64,000 nt of DNA, taken from contig JAUWOY010000007.1 of the NCBI GenBank assembly GCA_030611885.1, positions 19,750 to 83,749 of the forward strand, written 5' to 3'. Position numbers and translations under genes: made by a program. Source of the stretch: Chloroflexota bacterium (GTDB taxonomy: Bacteria > Chloroflexota > Anaerolineae > VGOG01). The notes beneath the pieces are model-generated. The model searched no databases and was not told where the DNA came from. It saw only the letters and a program-made list of their open reading frames with translations. Shown here one piece after another: positions 47,706-58,400 of the stretch (its first letter is position 1; every line of letters begins with the position of its first letter).

Positions 47706-50700
47706 ATGAACATTCATATCAATAGCGATCATGGAGGCCTAAGCTCTCATCTGGTACGTCGCGTGCTACCCGCTGACCGAGCCCGACCCAGATTCGTGAT
47801 CTTAATCGCGGTGCTCGCCGCCCTGCTCATCGTGGCGCTGGTCATCGGGTCGTTGGTGGTTTTTGCCGCCGGCGATCTGGTGGTGACGTTCTCATCGGCG
47901 CCATCACCGGCTCCGTTCAGAGCGGGTACCAGCCACTCGTTCCAGGTCACGGTGCACAACGGAGAACCGGACCCACCCGCCGAGGCCGTGGAGTTTCAAT
48001 ATCGGGCACCGGCCGGGGTGGTGATCACGTCCATCGTTTCTTCTGTCGGCCCCTGCGAGGTCGGCACCGAGGGCGACCCCAGTGACCCGTCCATCTGCTC
48101 CTTGGGGAACATGGGATCAACCGATGTCACCGTCGACATTACCGTGTACGTGCTCCCGGACGTCCCGCACGGCACGTTGCTAGACCACGACGTGCGGGCC
48201 TGGCAGACGTGGACTGAGGAGAACCCATTCGACAACGAGAACCACGCCTTCGTCACAGTAGAAGCCGAGGCCGACCTCTCTGTGTCAAAGATAGCCGAGG
48301 GCGACGTGGTCACCGGCTATGACGACAACACCTTCGAGGACATCCTCACGCCCACCCCAAATGTGGTGACGGCCGGCGAGTTGATCAAGTACACCGCCAC
48401 CATCACCAACGCTGGCCCGTCGGATGCCCAGAACGTGGTGGTCAGCGATACCCTGCCGGCCAAGTTCGATTTCATAGAGAGTGTGCCTGCCGGCTGTTGG
48501 GCCAACGCCGCCAACCCGCTGCTGGTTACCTGCCTGCTGGACACCATGCCGGCCACCACCACCCAGCAGTTGGAGCTGGTGGTTCGCACCCGGCCGGACG
48601 CGGCCATTGACGACCCCGATGACGGCGACAACGAGCGCACCGCGACCAACAACGTTGAGGTGTCGAGCGACACCGCTGAACCAACGTCTGACCCAACGCC
48701 GAACACATTCGCCCTACCAGTGACCGTGAACGCGCGCGCTAACCTGCAGATCACCAAGACCGACATCCCCGACCCGGTGCTGGCCGGCGAGGAAGTGAAA
48801 TACATCATCACAGCCAAGAACCTCGGCCCATCCAAGTCCCGCGCCGTCGTCATCACCGATACGCTGCCAAGTGGCCTGGTCTTCGTCCGCTGTGAGCCGG
48901 TTGATCCGGATGAAGTACCTGTGTGCAGCTACGACCAGGCTGCCAACACCGTCACCCTCACGGACTTCCGCATTGAGGGTCTGCTTCGGGACGACCTGAT
49001 GCCAGACGAGGTGCGAGCCTTCCGCATCGTGGCCTACGCCCGCAGCAACCTGGTCAAAGAGCCCGATCTCTATAATGAACCGGATGCGGTGGGCAACCTG
49101 GTGACCATCACCGACACGGTCTTCATCACGGATGTACTCGACATCACCGACTGGTACGCAGCCAACAATACCGACCGCGAGCTGACCGGTGTCACCAGCG
49201 AGGCCGATCTGGCGGTGCGCAAGACGGACACGCCCAACCCCACACCCGATGATGGCTACCTGATCTACGACCCCGTCACCAACAGCTTCATCTACACCTA
49301 CACGATCACCGTCGAGAACCTGGGGCCGTCGGACGCCGGCCGGGTGATCCTGACCGACACGCTGCCGATCTATGCCAGCCTGGACATGGTGGGCGGCGAT
49401 CCGATGACGGCCATTGATGCGCCGACCGCCCGGGACGTGCGCTTCCGCGACGATGGGGTGGTCATCGTAGACTGGGGCCAAATCGCCGGCAACGATGACC
49501 GGCGCGATGACCTGGATCTGACTAATCCCCTCAATCCGAGCCTGCCCACGACGCGCACCCTCACCATCCGCGTGCGGGTGGACGCCGACGTGGCGCCGGA
49601 CATCGGCTTCCTGGAGAACCGGGTGGAGGTGACCACTGTGCCCGGTGACGTCTGTCCGACCCAGCTCGGCACCCCAGTCTGCCCGGACCCGTGGCCCCAC
49701 GGCTACACCCCGACGCCGGATCCGGACCTGAGCAACAACGTGTACATCGAGTACACAGCGCTGGTGGCGCCGGAGGTCAAGGTGGACAAGAAGGTCTACG
49801 TCCGCAAAAGCCTGGCCAGAGACATTGACGTCACCACGGACGGCCTGACGGAGGTGGAGCGCTGTGAGACCTACGCCACCGACGACATCCTGACCTTACC
49901 GGGTGACGAGGTGACCTACTGCTACCTCATCACCAATGAGGGCGACTCCTGGCTCCACTCGATCACGCTGGAGGACCTGTCCGACCCGCTCATCTACCGC
50001 GCGCCGACCACCGACTTCACTGTTGTGGACCCGAGCCCGGCGCCAGCGCGGTGGGACCCTCCACCCTATGTGAGCGGCGCGGGCGAAGCCCAGACCATCA
50101 CCATCAAGACGACATATGCCGAGGTGGCTGTTCTGTCGCCGAAAGGCGTGCCGGATCCGGATGGCTACGACCACATCCTGATCATCCGCAGCTTCACGGT
50201 GGACTTCCCAGAGCTTGGCTCCATCGCTGGGGTTGTCTGGGAGGACAAAAACGAGAACCACGTGGTTGACTTGGGCGAGCCACTCTTGGCAGGCATGGAA
50301 GTAGATCTGTTTTACGAGTCGGGCTTCCCCCTGGCCTTGGACACCAGGACCACTGGTGCTGACGGGCGATATGCGTTTCACGGTGTGGCGCCAGGAAAGT
50401 ATAAGGTGCGGGTTCGCGATCCGGGTCCCCCATCCGTGCTTCTCGGCGTCTTACCTGTGATCGAATTCGACCCGCCGAAAGGGTACTCGATAGCCAACCT
50501 CGACGTACTCACCGGTGAGTGGTATATCGAGAGTGAGGAGTATAGCGAGCCCATATTCCGGATGTTGGGCACCAACACGGCGCGGGTGGACACGATACCG
50601 AGCACCAAGTATAGCACCCCCCTGCCGGGCATCGAGCCCTCCGGCGATTGCGTTGATCCCAATCTCGTCTGCGACACGGACCTGCTCCACGACACCCTGG

Positions 50701-53210
50701 CCCTGCCGGTGCTGGAGGATACTACCAAGGAGTGGGCCATCTACGAGGACAACGGGGACGACCTGCCCAGCCCGAACGACGTCATCGAGTACACGGTGGA
50801 TATCCCCAACACGGGCATCATTGAGGCCACGGAGGTGGAGTTCTACGACGGGCTGTACAACTGGATCAATGACGACGCGGATGACTTGAAAGTGCCAGGT
50901 TGGCTGATCAACGGCAGCGTGTCTGCCGCCATCCACGTCTACGGCCGTGAGCCCGACACCGGGCGCGTCATTGACGCCGACCTGCAACCGCCAGACCTGG
51001 CCTTCGGCGAGGACCTCCTGCTCCGCACTTACGCGCCAGCGATTGGCGGCGGCTATCTTGAGCTCACCTATCCCTCTGCCATCGTGCTGGACAGCGAGAT
51101 CCTCAAGGGCAACACCTCCGGCGACGACGAGGTCCAGGTGGCTACGCGGCTGGCGATCCCGCCCGTGGGCTACCTGCTGCGCTTCGACGGCGTCACCTAC
51201 GACCCGCCCATCCCGGTCACCTTCTCCCTGCGCATCAAGTACCGGGTGCTCATCAAGGAGACGAAGTACGTGAGGCTGGGTACCATCGTCCTTAGCCACG
51301 GCTGGGTGACCTACAACGAGATTGGCCTCTTCGACGACCGATTCCCGGACTTCGACCCGACGGATCCGGGTCTGGATGCCTATACAGCGGACAACAAGGT
51401 GGCCAACTACCACGCTGGCACACCGGGTCAGGACTGGGATAGCCCTGAGTTCCCCGGCTGGCCGGAGATTCCGCCGGATGTTGAGCCCACGAACTACCTG
51501 GGCGATCGCTTCGACGACTACGCGCTGCCTGGCGCGCCCATCCGTAACGACGACGACCCGACCTGGTTCAAGCTGGTGCGCGAGCCGCGTCGCATCCAGT
51601 TGCCCGCCATTGATCACGAGGATGGTTGGGAAACCCAGATCCAGGTGCAGAACGGCGGTGATGACAACACCGGAGTGATCGTGTTCTTCTGGGGCGAGTA
51701 CTCAGGCATGTGCCCCTACAGCGATCCGGGCCCAATTGGCTATGCTTGCAAGTGGGTCGCTGAGAACGGTCTCTGGTCGCTAGAGGATCAGATCATCCCC
51801 AGCACGGCGAAGTCAGCGATAGTCTACTCGGTGGACGAGAACCTCTTTGACGAGGCCTGCGCAGATGCTGCTGGTACTGTGAACGACAGTATCCCCTCTT
51901 TGAAGTGGAGGGCCTGGGAGGATGATTATGAGGGCACCGGTGAGCCGATAGCAGTGATAGTCCAGCGCGCAGGGCCTAACGACTTTGGTACCATGGTTTC
52001 GAGCGCCTACCCTGGCATCTCGGAGAACAGTGCGGGGGGTGGACCTGAGTATCAGTACTTTGCGCCCTACGCCATGAGGCAGTATCACAACCTGGATACG
52101 GAGATGATCATCCATAACTCCGGTCAGAGGTGCACTGAAGTGTGGCTCGAGTATCAAAAGCAAGGAGATGACGGTTTCAGCTACGAGGAGCGCGTCACGC
52201 AGTTGGCGCCGGGAGAATCCATACGGAAGAGGGTGCCGGCGGTGTTGGGTGCCGAGTGGCTGGGTTCGATCTACGTCACGGCCAACGAGCCTCTAGGGAT
52301 CGTCGTGGATCAGACCAGCTTCCTGCCGTCGGATGATCGGGGGACGCTGCTGACCTATGAAGCCCGGCCCTACAAGCTCACCACGGACACACTCTTTTAT
52401 GCCGACCTGGTCTGGCGCGAGCTGAGCGGCTGGGAAGCCAGCATTCAGGTGCAGAACCTGACCCAGCACTCCCTGCCCACCTTCGTGACGGTGGAGTTCT
52501 TCGACGCCAGTGGCGATTCCATCCTCTTCCTGGGCGACTGGGTCCCTCGTGCTGGAGGTACCACCTTCTACCTGCCGGCCGTCACTGACCTGGGTATGGG
52601 ATACGCCGGCGCAGCGGTAATCCAGTCTCACCAGCAGGTGGACTATCCCGGTCAGCATCACCCGAATGGTGAGCCCATCTTCGCCGTGGTTGACCTGAAG
52701 AAGACCAAGATGTACGATGAGGCCCTGCATCGCTGGAGACACACCATCGCTGGTGAGATCCAAGGTGGGGCCTACAACGCTCTTGCGGAGGGCGAAAAGA
52801 AAGAAGCCAGCGCCGTCATGCTTCCCTTCTTGGCCAAGGCCAAGAATGACCAGGGCGTGACCTCTCTGATGGCCATCCGCAACAACTCCAACTGCAACCA
52901 GATAGAGCTCAAGCTGGAGGTCAGAAAAGGGACCGGGACCGTCGTTAGCTATGTGCACATCTTCAACCTACCCCCTGGGCATATCAAGCTCATAGACTTG
53001 GCCAACGTGGGCAGCGTGAATCCTGGCTTCGTTGGCGCAGGGGCAGTAAGGATCCTACACGTGAATCAGTTGTGCGACGTGGACAACGATGGGTATATGG
53101 ATGAGACACCAACCATGCTTTCTGTGGTAGTGGTGAACAAGGGTGCTGGCTCTGGTGACATCACCTCGGTATACGAGGGCATCCCCGTGGCTTATTGGGG
53201 TTTCCCGTGA
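47706..53210 (+). CDS. 1834-aa surface protein: DUF11 (TIGR01451) repeats, SdrD-B-like domain, C-terminal four-module domain
   Basis: N-terminal anchor helix. Repeats such as GELIKYTATITNAGPSDAQNVVVSDTLP. GVVWEDKNENHVVD...GRYAFHGVAPGKYKV. The last ~540 aa is paralogous to 39712..43392. Confidence 0.85.
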   Translation: MNIHINSDHGGLSSHLVRRVLPADRARPRFVILIAVLAALLIVALVIGSLVVFAAGDLVVTFSSAPSPAPFRAGTSHSFQVTVHNGEPDPPAEAVEFQYRAPAGVVITSIVSSVGPCEVGTEGDPSDPSICSLGNMGSTDVTVDITVYVLPDVPHGTLLDHDVRAWQTWTEENPFDNENHAFVTVEAEADLSVSKIAEGDVVTGYDDNTFEDILTPTPNVVTAGELIKYTATITNAGPSDAQNVVVSDTLPAKFDFIESVPAGCWANAANPLLVTCLLDTMPATTTQQLELVVRTRPDAAIDDPDDGDNERTATNNVEVSSDTAEPTSDPTPNTFALPVTVNARANLQITKTDIPDPVLAGEEVKYIITAKNLGPSKSRAVVITDTLPSGLVFVRCEPVDPDEVPVCSYDQAANTVTLTDFRIEGLLRDDLMPDEVRAFRIVAYARSNLVKEPDLYNEPDAVGNLVTITDTVFITDVLDITDWYAANNTDRELTGVTSEADLAVRKTDTPNPTPDDGYLIYDPVTNSFIYTYTITVENLGPSDAGRVILTDTLPIYASLDMVGGDPMTAIDAPTARDVRFRDDGVVIVDWGQIAGNDDRRDDLDLTNPLNPSLPTTRTLTIRVRVDADVAPDIGFLENRVEVTTVPGDVCPTQLGTPVCPDPWPHGYTPTPDPDLSNNVYIEYTALVAPEVKVDKKVYVRKSLARDIDVTTDGLTEVERCETYATDDILTLPGDEVTYCYLITNEGDSWLHSITLEDLSDPLIYRAPTTDFTVVDPSPAPARWDPPPYVSGAGEAQTITIKTTYAEVAVLSPKGVPDPDGYDHILIIRSFTVDFPELGSIAGVVWEDKNENHVVDLGEPLLAGMEVDLFYESGFPLALDTRTTGADGRYAFHGVAPGKYKVRVRDPGPPSVLLGVLPVIEFDPPKGYSIANLDVLTGEWYIESEEYSEPIFRMLGTNTARVDTIPSTKYSTPLPGIEPSGDCVDPNLVCDTDLLHDTLALPVLEDTTKEWAIYEDNGDDLPSPNDVIEYTVDIPNTGIIEATEVEFYDGLYNWINDDADDLKVPGWLINGSVSAAIHVYGREPDTGRVIDADLQPPDLAFGEDLLLRTYAPAIGGGYLELTYPSAIVLDSEILKGNTSGDDEVQVATRLAIPPVGYLLRFDGVTYDPPIPVTFSLRIKYRVLIKETKYVRLGTIVLSHGWVTYNEIGLFDDRFPDFDPTDPGLDAYTADNKVANYHAGTPGQDWDSPEFPGWPEIPPDVEPTNYLGDRFDDYALPGAPIRNDDDPTWFKLVREPRRIQLPAIDHEDGWETQIQVQNGGDDNTGVIVFFWGEYSGMCPYSDPGPIGYACKWVAENGLWSLEDQIIPSTAKSAIVYSVDENLFDEACADAAGTVNDSIPSLKWRAWEDDYEGTGEPIAVIVQRAGPNDFGTMVSSAYPGISENSAGGGPEYQYFAPYAMRQYHNLDTEMIIHNSGQRCTEVWLEYQKQGDDGFSYEERVTQLAPGESIRKRVPAVLGAEWLGSIYVTANEPLGIVVDQTSFLPSDDRGTLLTYEARPYKLTTDTLFYADLVWRELSGWEASIQVQNLTQHSLPTFVTVEFFDASGDSILFLGDWVPRAGGTTFYLPAVTDLGMGYAGAAVIQSHQQVDYPGQHHPNGEPIFAVVDLKKTKMYDEALHRWRHTIAGEIQGGAYNALAEGEKKEASAVMLPFLAKAKNDQGVTSLMAIRNNSNCNQIELKLEVRKGTGTVVSYVHIFNLPPGHIKLIDLANVGSVNPGFVGAGAVRILHVNQLCDVDNDGYMDETPTMLSVVVVNKGAGSGDITSVYEGIPVAYWGFP

Positions 53211-53245
53211 GGTAGGCCCGTCCGCATCCCGTTGACAGCCAACAG

Positions 53246-53278
53246 AAAAAGCCACCAGGATTACCCTGGTGGCTTTTT
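53246..53278. terminator. bidirectional intrinsic terminator between convergent genes
   Basis: AAAAA-GCCACCAGG-attac-CCTGGTGGC-TTTTT. Confidence 0.85.
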
Positions 53279-53442
53279 CGTGTTCATCCGGCTCTCGGTT
53301 CGTGAACCATGCCCTGGCACTACAATGTGATTTTAACGTAACATGCGCCCTGAGGCCTGTCCCCGGGCCGACTCTGGTGCGAAATACGTCCAAAAACGGC
53401 CCGATGACGGGTCTTGGAGTTTATATCAAAATTCCAGGACCG

Positions 53443-55038
53443 CTATTCGATCACCGAGATGCCCTCGTAGATCGCCGTGATGTCGCCGGGGCCGGTGCCC
53501 TGCTGCACCACCACGGCTGAGGGCCTGACCCCAGTCAAGCCATCATTGCCCACCACCTTCACCCTGCCCGCACCGACGAAGCCGGGAATCAGGCTGCCTA
53601 TGTTGGCCAGATCAATGGTCTTCAGGTGGCGGGGCGGGAGCCAGAAGATGGGAATCCTGGTAACTACACTCCCGGTTCCATCGCTGATCTCTACCGTGAG
53701 CTTTATCCCGTTGTTATCAGAGTTATTGCGGATGGTGATCAGTGAGGTCACGCCCTGGTACTCTCTGACCAAGGAGGGGAGTGCAATGTCCGTCACCGTT
53801 TCCTGCTCGTTCTTCGCATGGGCGTTGTAGCTGCCCCCCTGCCTCGTGGCAGGATGTTTCAGGTCAACCACAGCGAAGATAGGCTCACTGCGGGAATGGA
53901 TCACGGCTGCCCCCACGTAGTTCATCCCCAGGTCAATGATAGACGGCAGGTAGAAGGTGGCAGAGCCATTGGCACAGACCCAGTCGCTGAGGGAAAAGAG
54001 GTGATCGCCGCTGTTATCCATGAATTCCACCGTGACGAAGGTGGGCTGGGAGTGTTGGGTCAGGTTCTGCACTTGGATGCCCACGTCCCAACCACTCCAC
54101 TCCCGGTAGATGAGGTCGGCATAGAAGACCGTGTCTTCAGAATCCTTATAGGGATGAGCCAGGTAGGTCAACAGCATATCCTGGCCCGTCGAGAGGGGCT
54201 CGAAGCTCGTCTGATCTACAATGATGCCCAAAGGCTGGCTGGCGGTGATGTAGGCCGAACCCAGCCAGGCGTCGTCGCCGCCCAGCTCTGGCACGCGGGG
54301 CACCCTCACTCGCACCGCCTCGCCCGGCGCCAGTTGCTGGATATGCTGGGCGTAGCTCAACTTGCAGCTCTCCTGTTCCCGATAATAGATCCAAACGGAG
54401 ACACAGTACCGGCCAGAGTTCTGGATGGTCATCTCGGTATCCAGGTCATGGTAGCCTTTCATGAGATAGGGCGCGAAGTAGCCGTAGGGAGGCCTACTCC
54501 CTTCCATCGTCTCGTCTATCCCCACGTAGGTGCTGGAGACAGTGGCGCCAAAGTCGTCGGGGCCAACTCGGTTGATGGTCACTGCCAAAGGCTGGCCGGT
54601 GCCCTCGTAGTCCTCCTTCCAGACATTCCAGTCCGCCGTGGTGGTGAGATCAGCGTCGGCGCAGGCGTCTTGGAAGTCACTGTCGTCAACCGAGTAGATG
54701 ATGGCCGAGCAGGCATCGGTCGGGATCTGGCCGCGCAGGGTCCAGACCCCATTCTCAGGGATGCTCATGCAGGCGTGACCCATAGGCCCAGGATCGTTGG
54801 AGGGACATAGGCCTGAATAGGCTCCCCAGAAGAACGCTACCGCCCCTGTCCTCTCATCCCCCACGTTCTGCACCTGGATCCGGGTGCTCCAGCCACCCTT
54901 CTTGTCAATGCGGGGGATCTGAACCCTTCTGCCAGGTTCAGCAGCCGATGCGGTGATGGCGGTCGGGAGCTGCAGCGCGCACACCAGTCCCACGACCGAT
55001 ACTAAAGCCAGGATAAAATACCGCTTTTTCATCAGCAA
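53443..55038 (-). CDS. secreted stand-alone copy of the four-module domain
   Basis: Signal peptide (MLMKKRYFILALVSVVGLVCALQLPTAITASA), then the same module order as the C-termini of the two giants (GWSTRIQVQN..., LDTEMTIQNSG..., GWDVGIQVQNLT..., GVTSLITIRNNS...). Confidence 0.8.
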   Translation of the reverse strand: MLMKKRYFILALVSVVGLVCALQLPTAITASAAEPGRRVQIPRIDKKGGWSTRIQVQNVGDERTGAVAFFWGAYSGLCPSNDPGPMGHACMSIPENGVWTLRGQIPTDACSAIIYSVDDSDFQDACADADLTTTADWNVWKEDYEGTGQPLAVTINRVGPDDFGATVSSTYVGIDETMEGSRPPYGYFAPYLMKGYHDLDTEMTIQNSGRYCVSVWIYYREQESCKLSYAQHIQQLAPGEAVRVRVPRVPELGGDDAWLGSAYITASQPLGIIVDQTSFEPLSTGQDMLLTYLAHPYKDSEDTVFYADLIYREWSGWDVGIQVQNLTQHSQPTFVTVEFMDNSGDHLFSLSDWVCANGSATFYLPSIIDLGMNYVGAAVIHSRSEPIFAVVDLKHPATRQGGSYNAHAKNEQETVTDIALPSLVREYQGVTSLITIRNNSDNNGIKLTVEISDGTGSVVTRIPIFWLPPRHLKTIDLANIGSLIPGFVGAGRVKVVGNDGLTGVRPSAVVVQQGTGPGDITAIYEGISVIE

Positions 55039-55160
55039 CGCTCCTTATCATGTAAATGAGCGTGATCAAAGGGTCTGTAAAGAAATAAGTTCCCCAATCG
55101 GTGTCATTGCGAGCTGCTCCATAGCGCGGTCGCGCTACTCATTGTGTAAGAAACCCGTCA

Positions 55161-55281
55161 GCGCCGGCCGAGTAGGAGCGACTTGGGTTGAGCCTGTCGA
55201 AACCAGCGACGTATCGAGGCCAAGCGGGTTGTCGGTAGAGCCGCTCACTTGGTTTCGATACGCTCCGCTACTCAACCGGCG
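55161..55281. repeat. P2-family palindromic element, left copy flanking the S8 protease gene
   Basis: GCGCCGGCCGAGTAGGAGCG...GTATCGAGGCCAAGCGGGTTGTCGGTAGAGCCGCT...GGTTTCGATACGCTCCGCTACTCAACCGGCG. Further palindromes sit at about 55085-55140 and 55325-55400. Confidence 0.85.
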
Positions 55282-55439
55282 TTCGCTCCCCGGGTTTTGC
55301 ACACGACGGTTTGTTTCTTAGTAGGAGCGTTTTTTGCGACGAAGCAATCTCCTTGCTGAACAAAGGTGGGGATTGCTTCGCAAAAAGCGCTCGCAATGAC
55401 ATCGTGTCGGGAAGTTATTCTTTAACGAACCCAAAGGTC

Positions 55440-58400
55440 TCACGGCGCGGGAAGCTGTACACTGAATTCCCACGTATGCATAAGGAAGGGCAAGAAGAGC
55501 CTATACTCCCCGCCTCCCGTCGTCACCCGCTTCTCGATCACGTTGCCCGCCCCGTCGTCGAGGAGCACGCTGTTGGTGATGGGCCCCTGCCCTGTAGCCT
55601 GCACTGCGAAGCGGACAGTGGCCATGCCGTTGACCGGCACACGCCCGCTCCAGGTGAGGCGGTGGGTGGAGGTATCGTAGACGGCTGGCCCGCCGCTGCC
55701 CGCCCAGGCCGAGCCGGGGACGTAGACGACCTCGGTGGGAAGGGTGTCGGTCAGAGTGACCATCGCCGGGCCGCTGCCCCCGTTTTTCACCAGGATGGTA
55801 TAGGTCAGCACCTGGCCGGGACTCTCCGCCCCCCCTTCCCCGGGGCTGCTGCTAACCCGCTTCTCCGAGGGGCTCAGATCCGGGGCCGCTATCGTCGTGG
55901 TGGCCGTGCGGGTGAAAGGCGAGTGCACACCGTCGTCAATGGTGGCTGTGTTGACGACGACCGTGCCATCTGGCAAGGGGAGCACGGTTCTCACGGCGAA
56001 GGAGAAGGAGGCTTGGCTGCCGCTGGGCACAGCGCCGCTCCACATGATACGGTTGGCGATATCATCGTAGATCGCCCCGCCAGTCGCGCTGCCCGGCTGG
56101 TAGACGGCGTGGGGAGGGATGGGGTCAACGACAGCCACCTCCGCCGCGTCGGCGATCCCCGCGTTGTGCAGGGTCAGGGTGTAGGTCAGCACCTCGCCGG
56201 GGATGGCCACGCTCTTATCCGCCTTCTTGGTCGAACCCTCCAGCTCGATGGTGTTGACCCGTGTCGTCGCCCGACGCTCGTAGGTCGTGCCCCGCCCATT
56301 GTCAATAATCGCCGTGTTGGTGATGATCGTCTCCGTCGGCAGCGGGTCGGCGATTTTCACCTGGAAGGCGATGGCGTGCGGCGGGGAAGGAGGTGAGATC
56401 AGAATAGCTAACCCGTCGCGCACGTAGGCTTCGTTGTAAACAACGGTCAGACCCTGGGCGCCGTCGGCGTTCTGAACACCGATGGTGGCCTCGTCCAGGC
56501 GATCAATCATGGACTGGTATTGATAGGTGATGGAGCCATCGGCTCGCAGGATGACCTGGAAAGTGTAGGGGCCACCGCTGCTGAAGTGGGGCGCCCCTAC
56601 ATAGGAGACCACCAGAGCGTCCTGGTTGTTGCTCCAATAGTAGCCCTCCCCGCTGCTGGAGAAGCTAAGATCATCCCAGAAGGGAGCCAGCAGGTTGCCC
56701 GGAGCTGTGGGATCGGGCAGAGCCGAGTTGCCAAAGTTGGAGCCGGAGATGGGCGACAGGCTCAGGAAGCCGTTGCTGCTGAGGTAGAACTGGGTGAATC
56801 CCTCGTTGTAAAAGGGGAAAGAAAAGCCGATGGGGAAGGGGCCGACGTTGGTGTCGTCGCCCAGGTCGGTGATGGGCGTGCCGATGCCGCTGATGTCCAC
56901 CCACTTGTAGACCGGGCCGCTGGGCTGATCGCTGTCGGTCCAGGCGTAGTCCTGTTCTATTACTGGCACAGCTCCCGTCCACTCGATCTGGTTCAGGGCT
57001 GCGTTGTAGATCGCCCCGCCGGTGACACTGCCGGATACGTAGGCCGTGTTCTGGGGGATGGGATCCACCAGGTTGACGTTGGGCGCCTCGATGGAGCCTG
57101 AGTTAATCAGAGAGATGGTGTAAGTCAACACGTCGCCAGCCGGGGCCACTGCCTTGTCCACCGTCTTGGTCGAGCCTGTCAGATTGGGGGCCAGCACCGT
57201 CGTGATTGCGCTGGCCTGGAGGGTGTGGCCTTGCCCGCTGTCCAGGATGGCCGTGTTGGTGATGGCCGTCCCTCCGGCCAGGGCCTCCTCGACGACCGCC
57301 TGGAAGGTGAAAGTGATCTTGGTCATGGCCGTCAGGGTGCCACTCCACTGAATGTGGTCAAAATCTGGATCGTAGACCGCGCCGCCGGTAGCGCTATCCG
57401 TGACGTAGGTCGTGTGCTCCGGGATCGGGTCGGTCAGGCTGATCTCGGGCAGGTCGGTGGCGCCGATGTTGTTCAGGGTCAGGGTGTAGGTCAGCGCCTC
57501 GCCCGGAACGACCGCCTCCTTGTCCACCGTCTTGGTCAGGGAGGGCAGGGTGAGCCAGGTGATGGATCGGGCTACCGTCTGGGCCAGCGCATCGCGGGGG
57601 CCTACGCTCTCCAGGCCGAATCCGAAGTAGATCACGCGGTAGGGGGGCGATTCGGCCTTGAGCCCCCGGATGCCCCCATCGGGATGGGCCAGGATGGGCC
57701 AGGCGGCATCGTCGGCAGGCCCGATCTCATCGGGATAGAAACAACCGAAGAGGGTGCAGAAACCCGTGTCCTTGTAGGCGTAGGTGTCGTTGAGGGTGAG
57801 GGTCAATCCCGCCAGGATGTCGGCCCCGATCAACTCGTCCAGGATCTCCGGCTCCCCGAGGAAGCTGGCGTGCAGGTAGTTGGTGTAGAAGGACGGGGCG
57901 TAGTTTTGGTAGTCGTCCCAATAGCCGATGTCCTGTCCGACGATGAGGAGCTGCCCCCCGCTGTCCAGGTAATCCATCAGGGCCTGGTCGGCGCCGATGT
58001 AGCCCGGCGACTGCCAGGGGTTGGCCCAGATGACGACGTCGTAGGCCCCCAGCTCCTCGGCGGTGGGAATATGGGCCGTGTCGGTGATGAGGCGCGTGTC
58101 GTAAAGGAAGCCAGCCTCGTCCAGAGCGTGCTGATAGTAAAGAGTGACGTTCTCCCCCATCCAGGTATCGGCGTCCACCAGCAGGAGGGAGGGGGCCGGG
58201 GACAGGGCGAAGTCCTGGCTGGTCACCTCCCCCTCGGCGATGCTAACCTCCGCCCACTGGATCTGATGGCCCGACAGGCTGGCCTCTACGGTGTAACTGC
58301 CCACAGGCAGGGTCAGGCTGTAGAACCCGTCGGCGTCCGCCGTCGCCGAGGCCGGGGTGTTCAAGGCACGGATCGTGGCCGCCAGCGGCTCCCCCGTCCT

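Noticed and set aside
41830-53210. Diversity-generating retroelement (template/variable repeat) explanation for the two near-identical C-terminal domain copies.
   Set aside because: No reverse transcriptase is present in the window. The repeats are 1.5 kb, far longer than TR/VR pairs. The mismatches seen by eye are of all types rather than adenine-specific.
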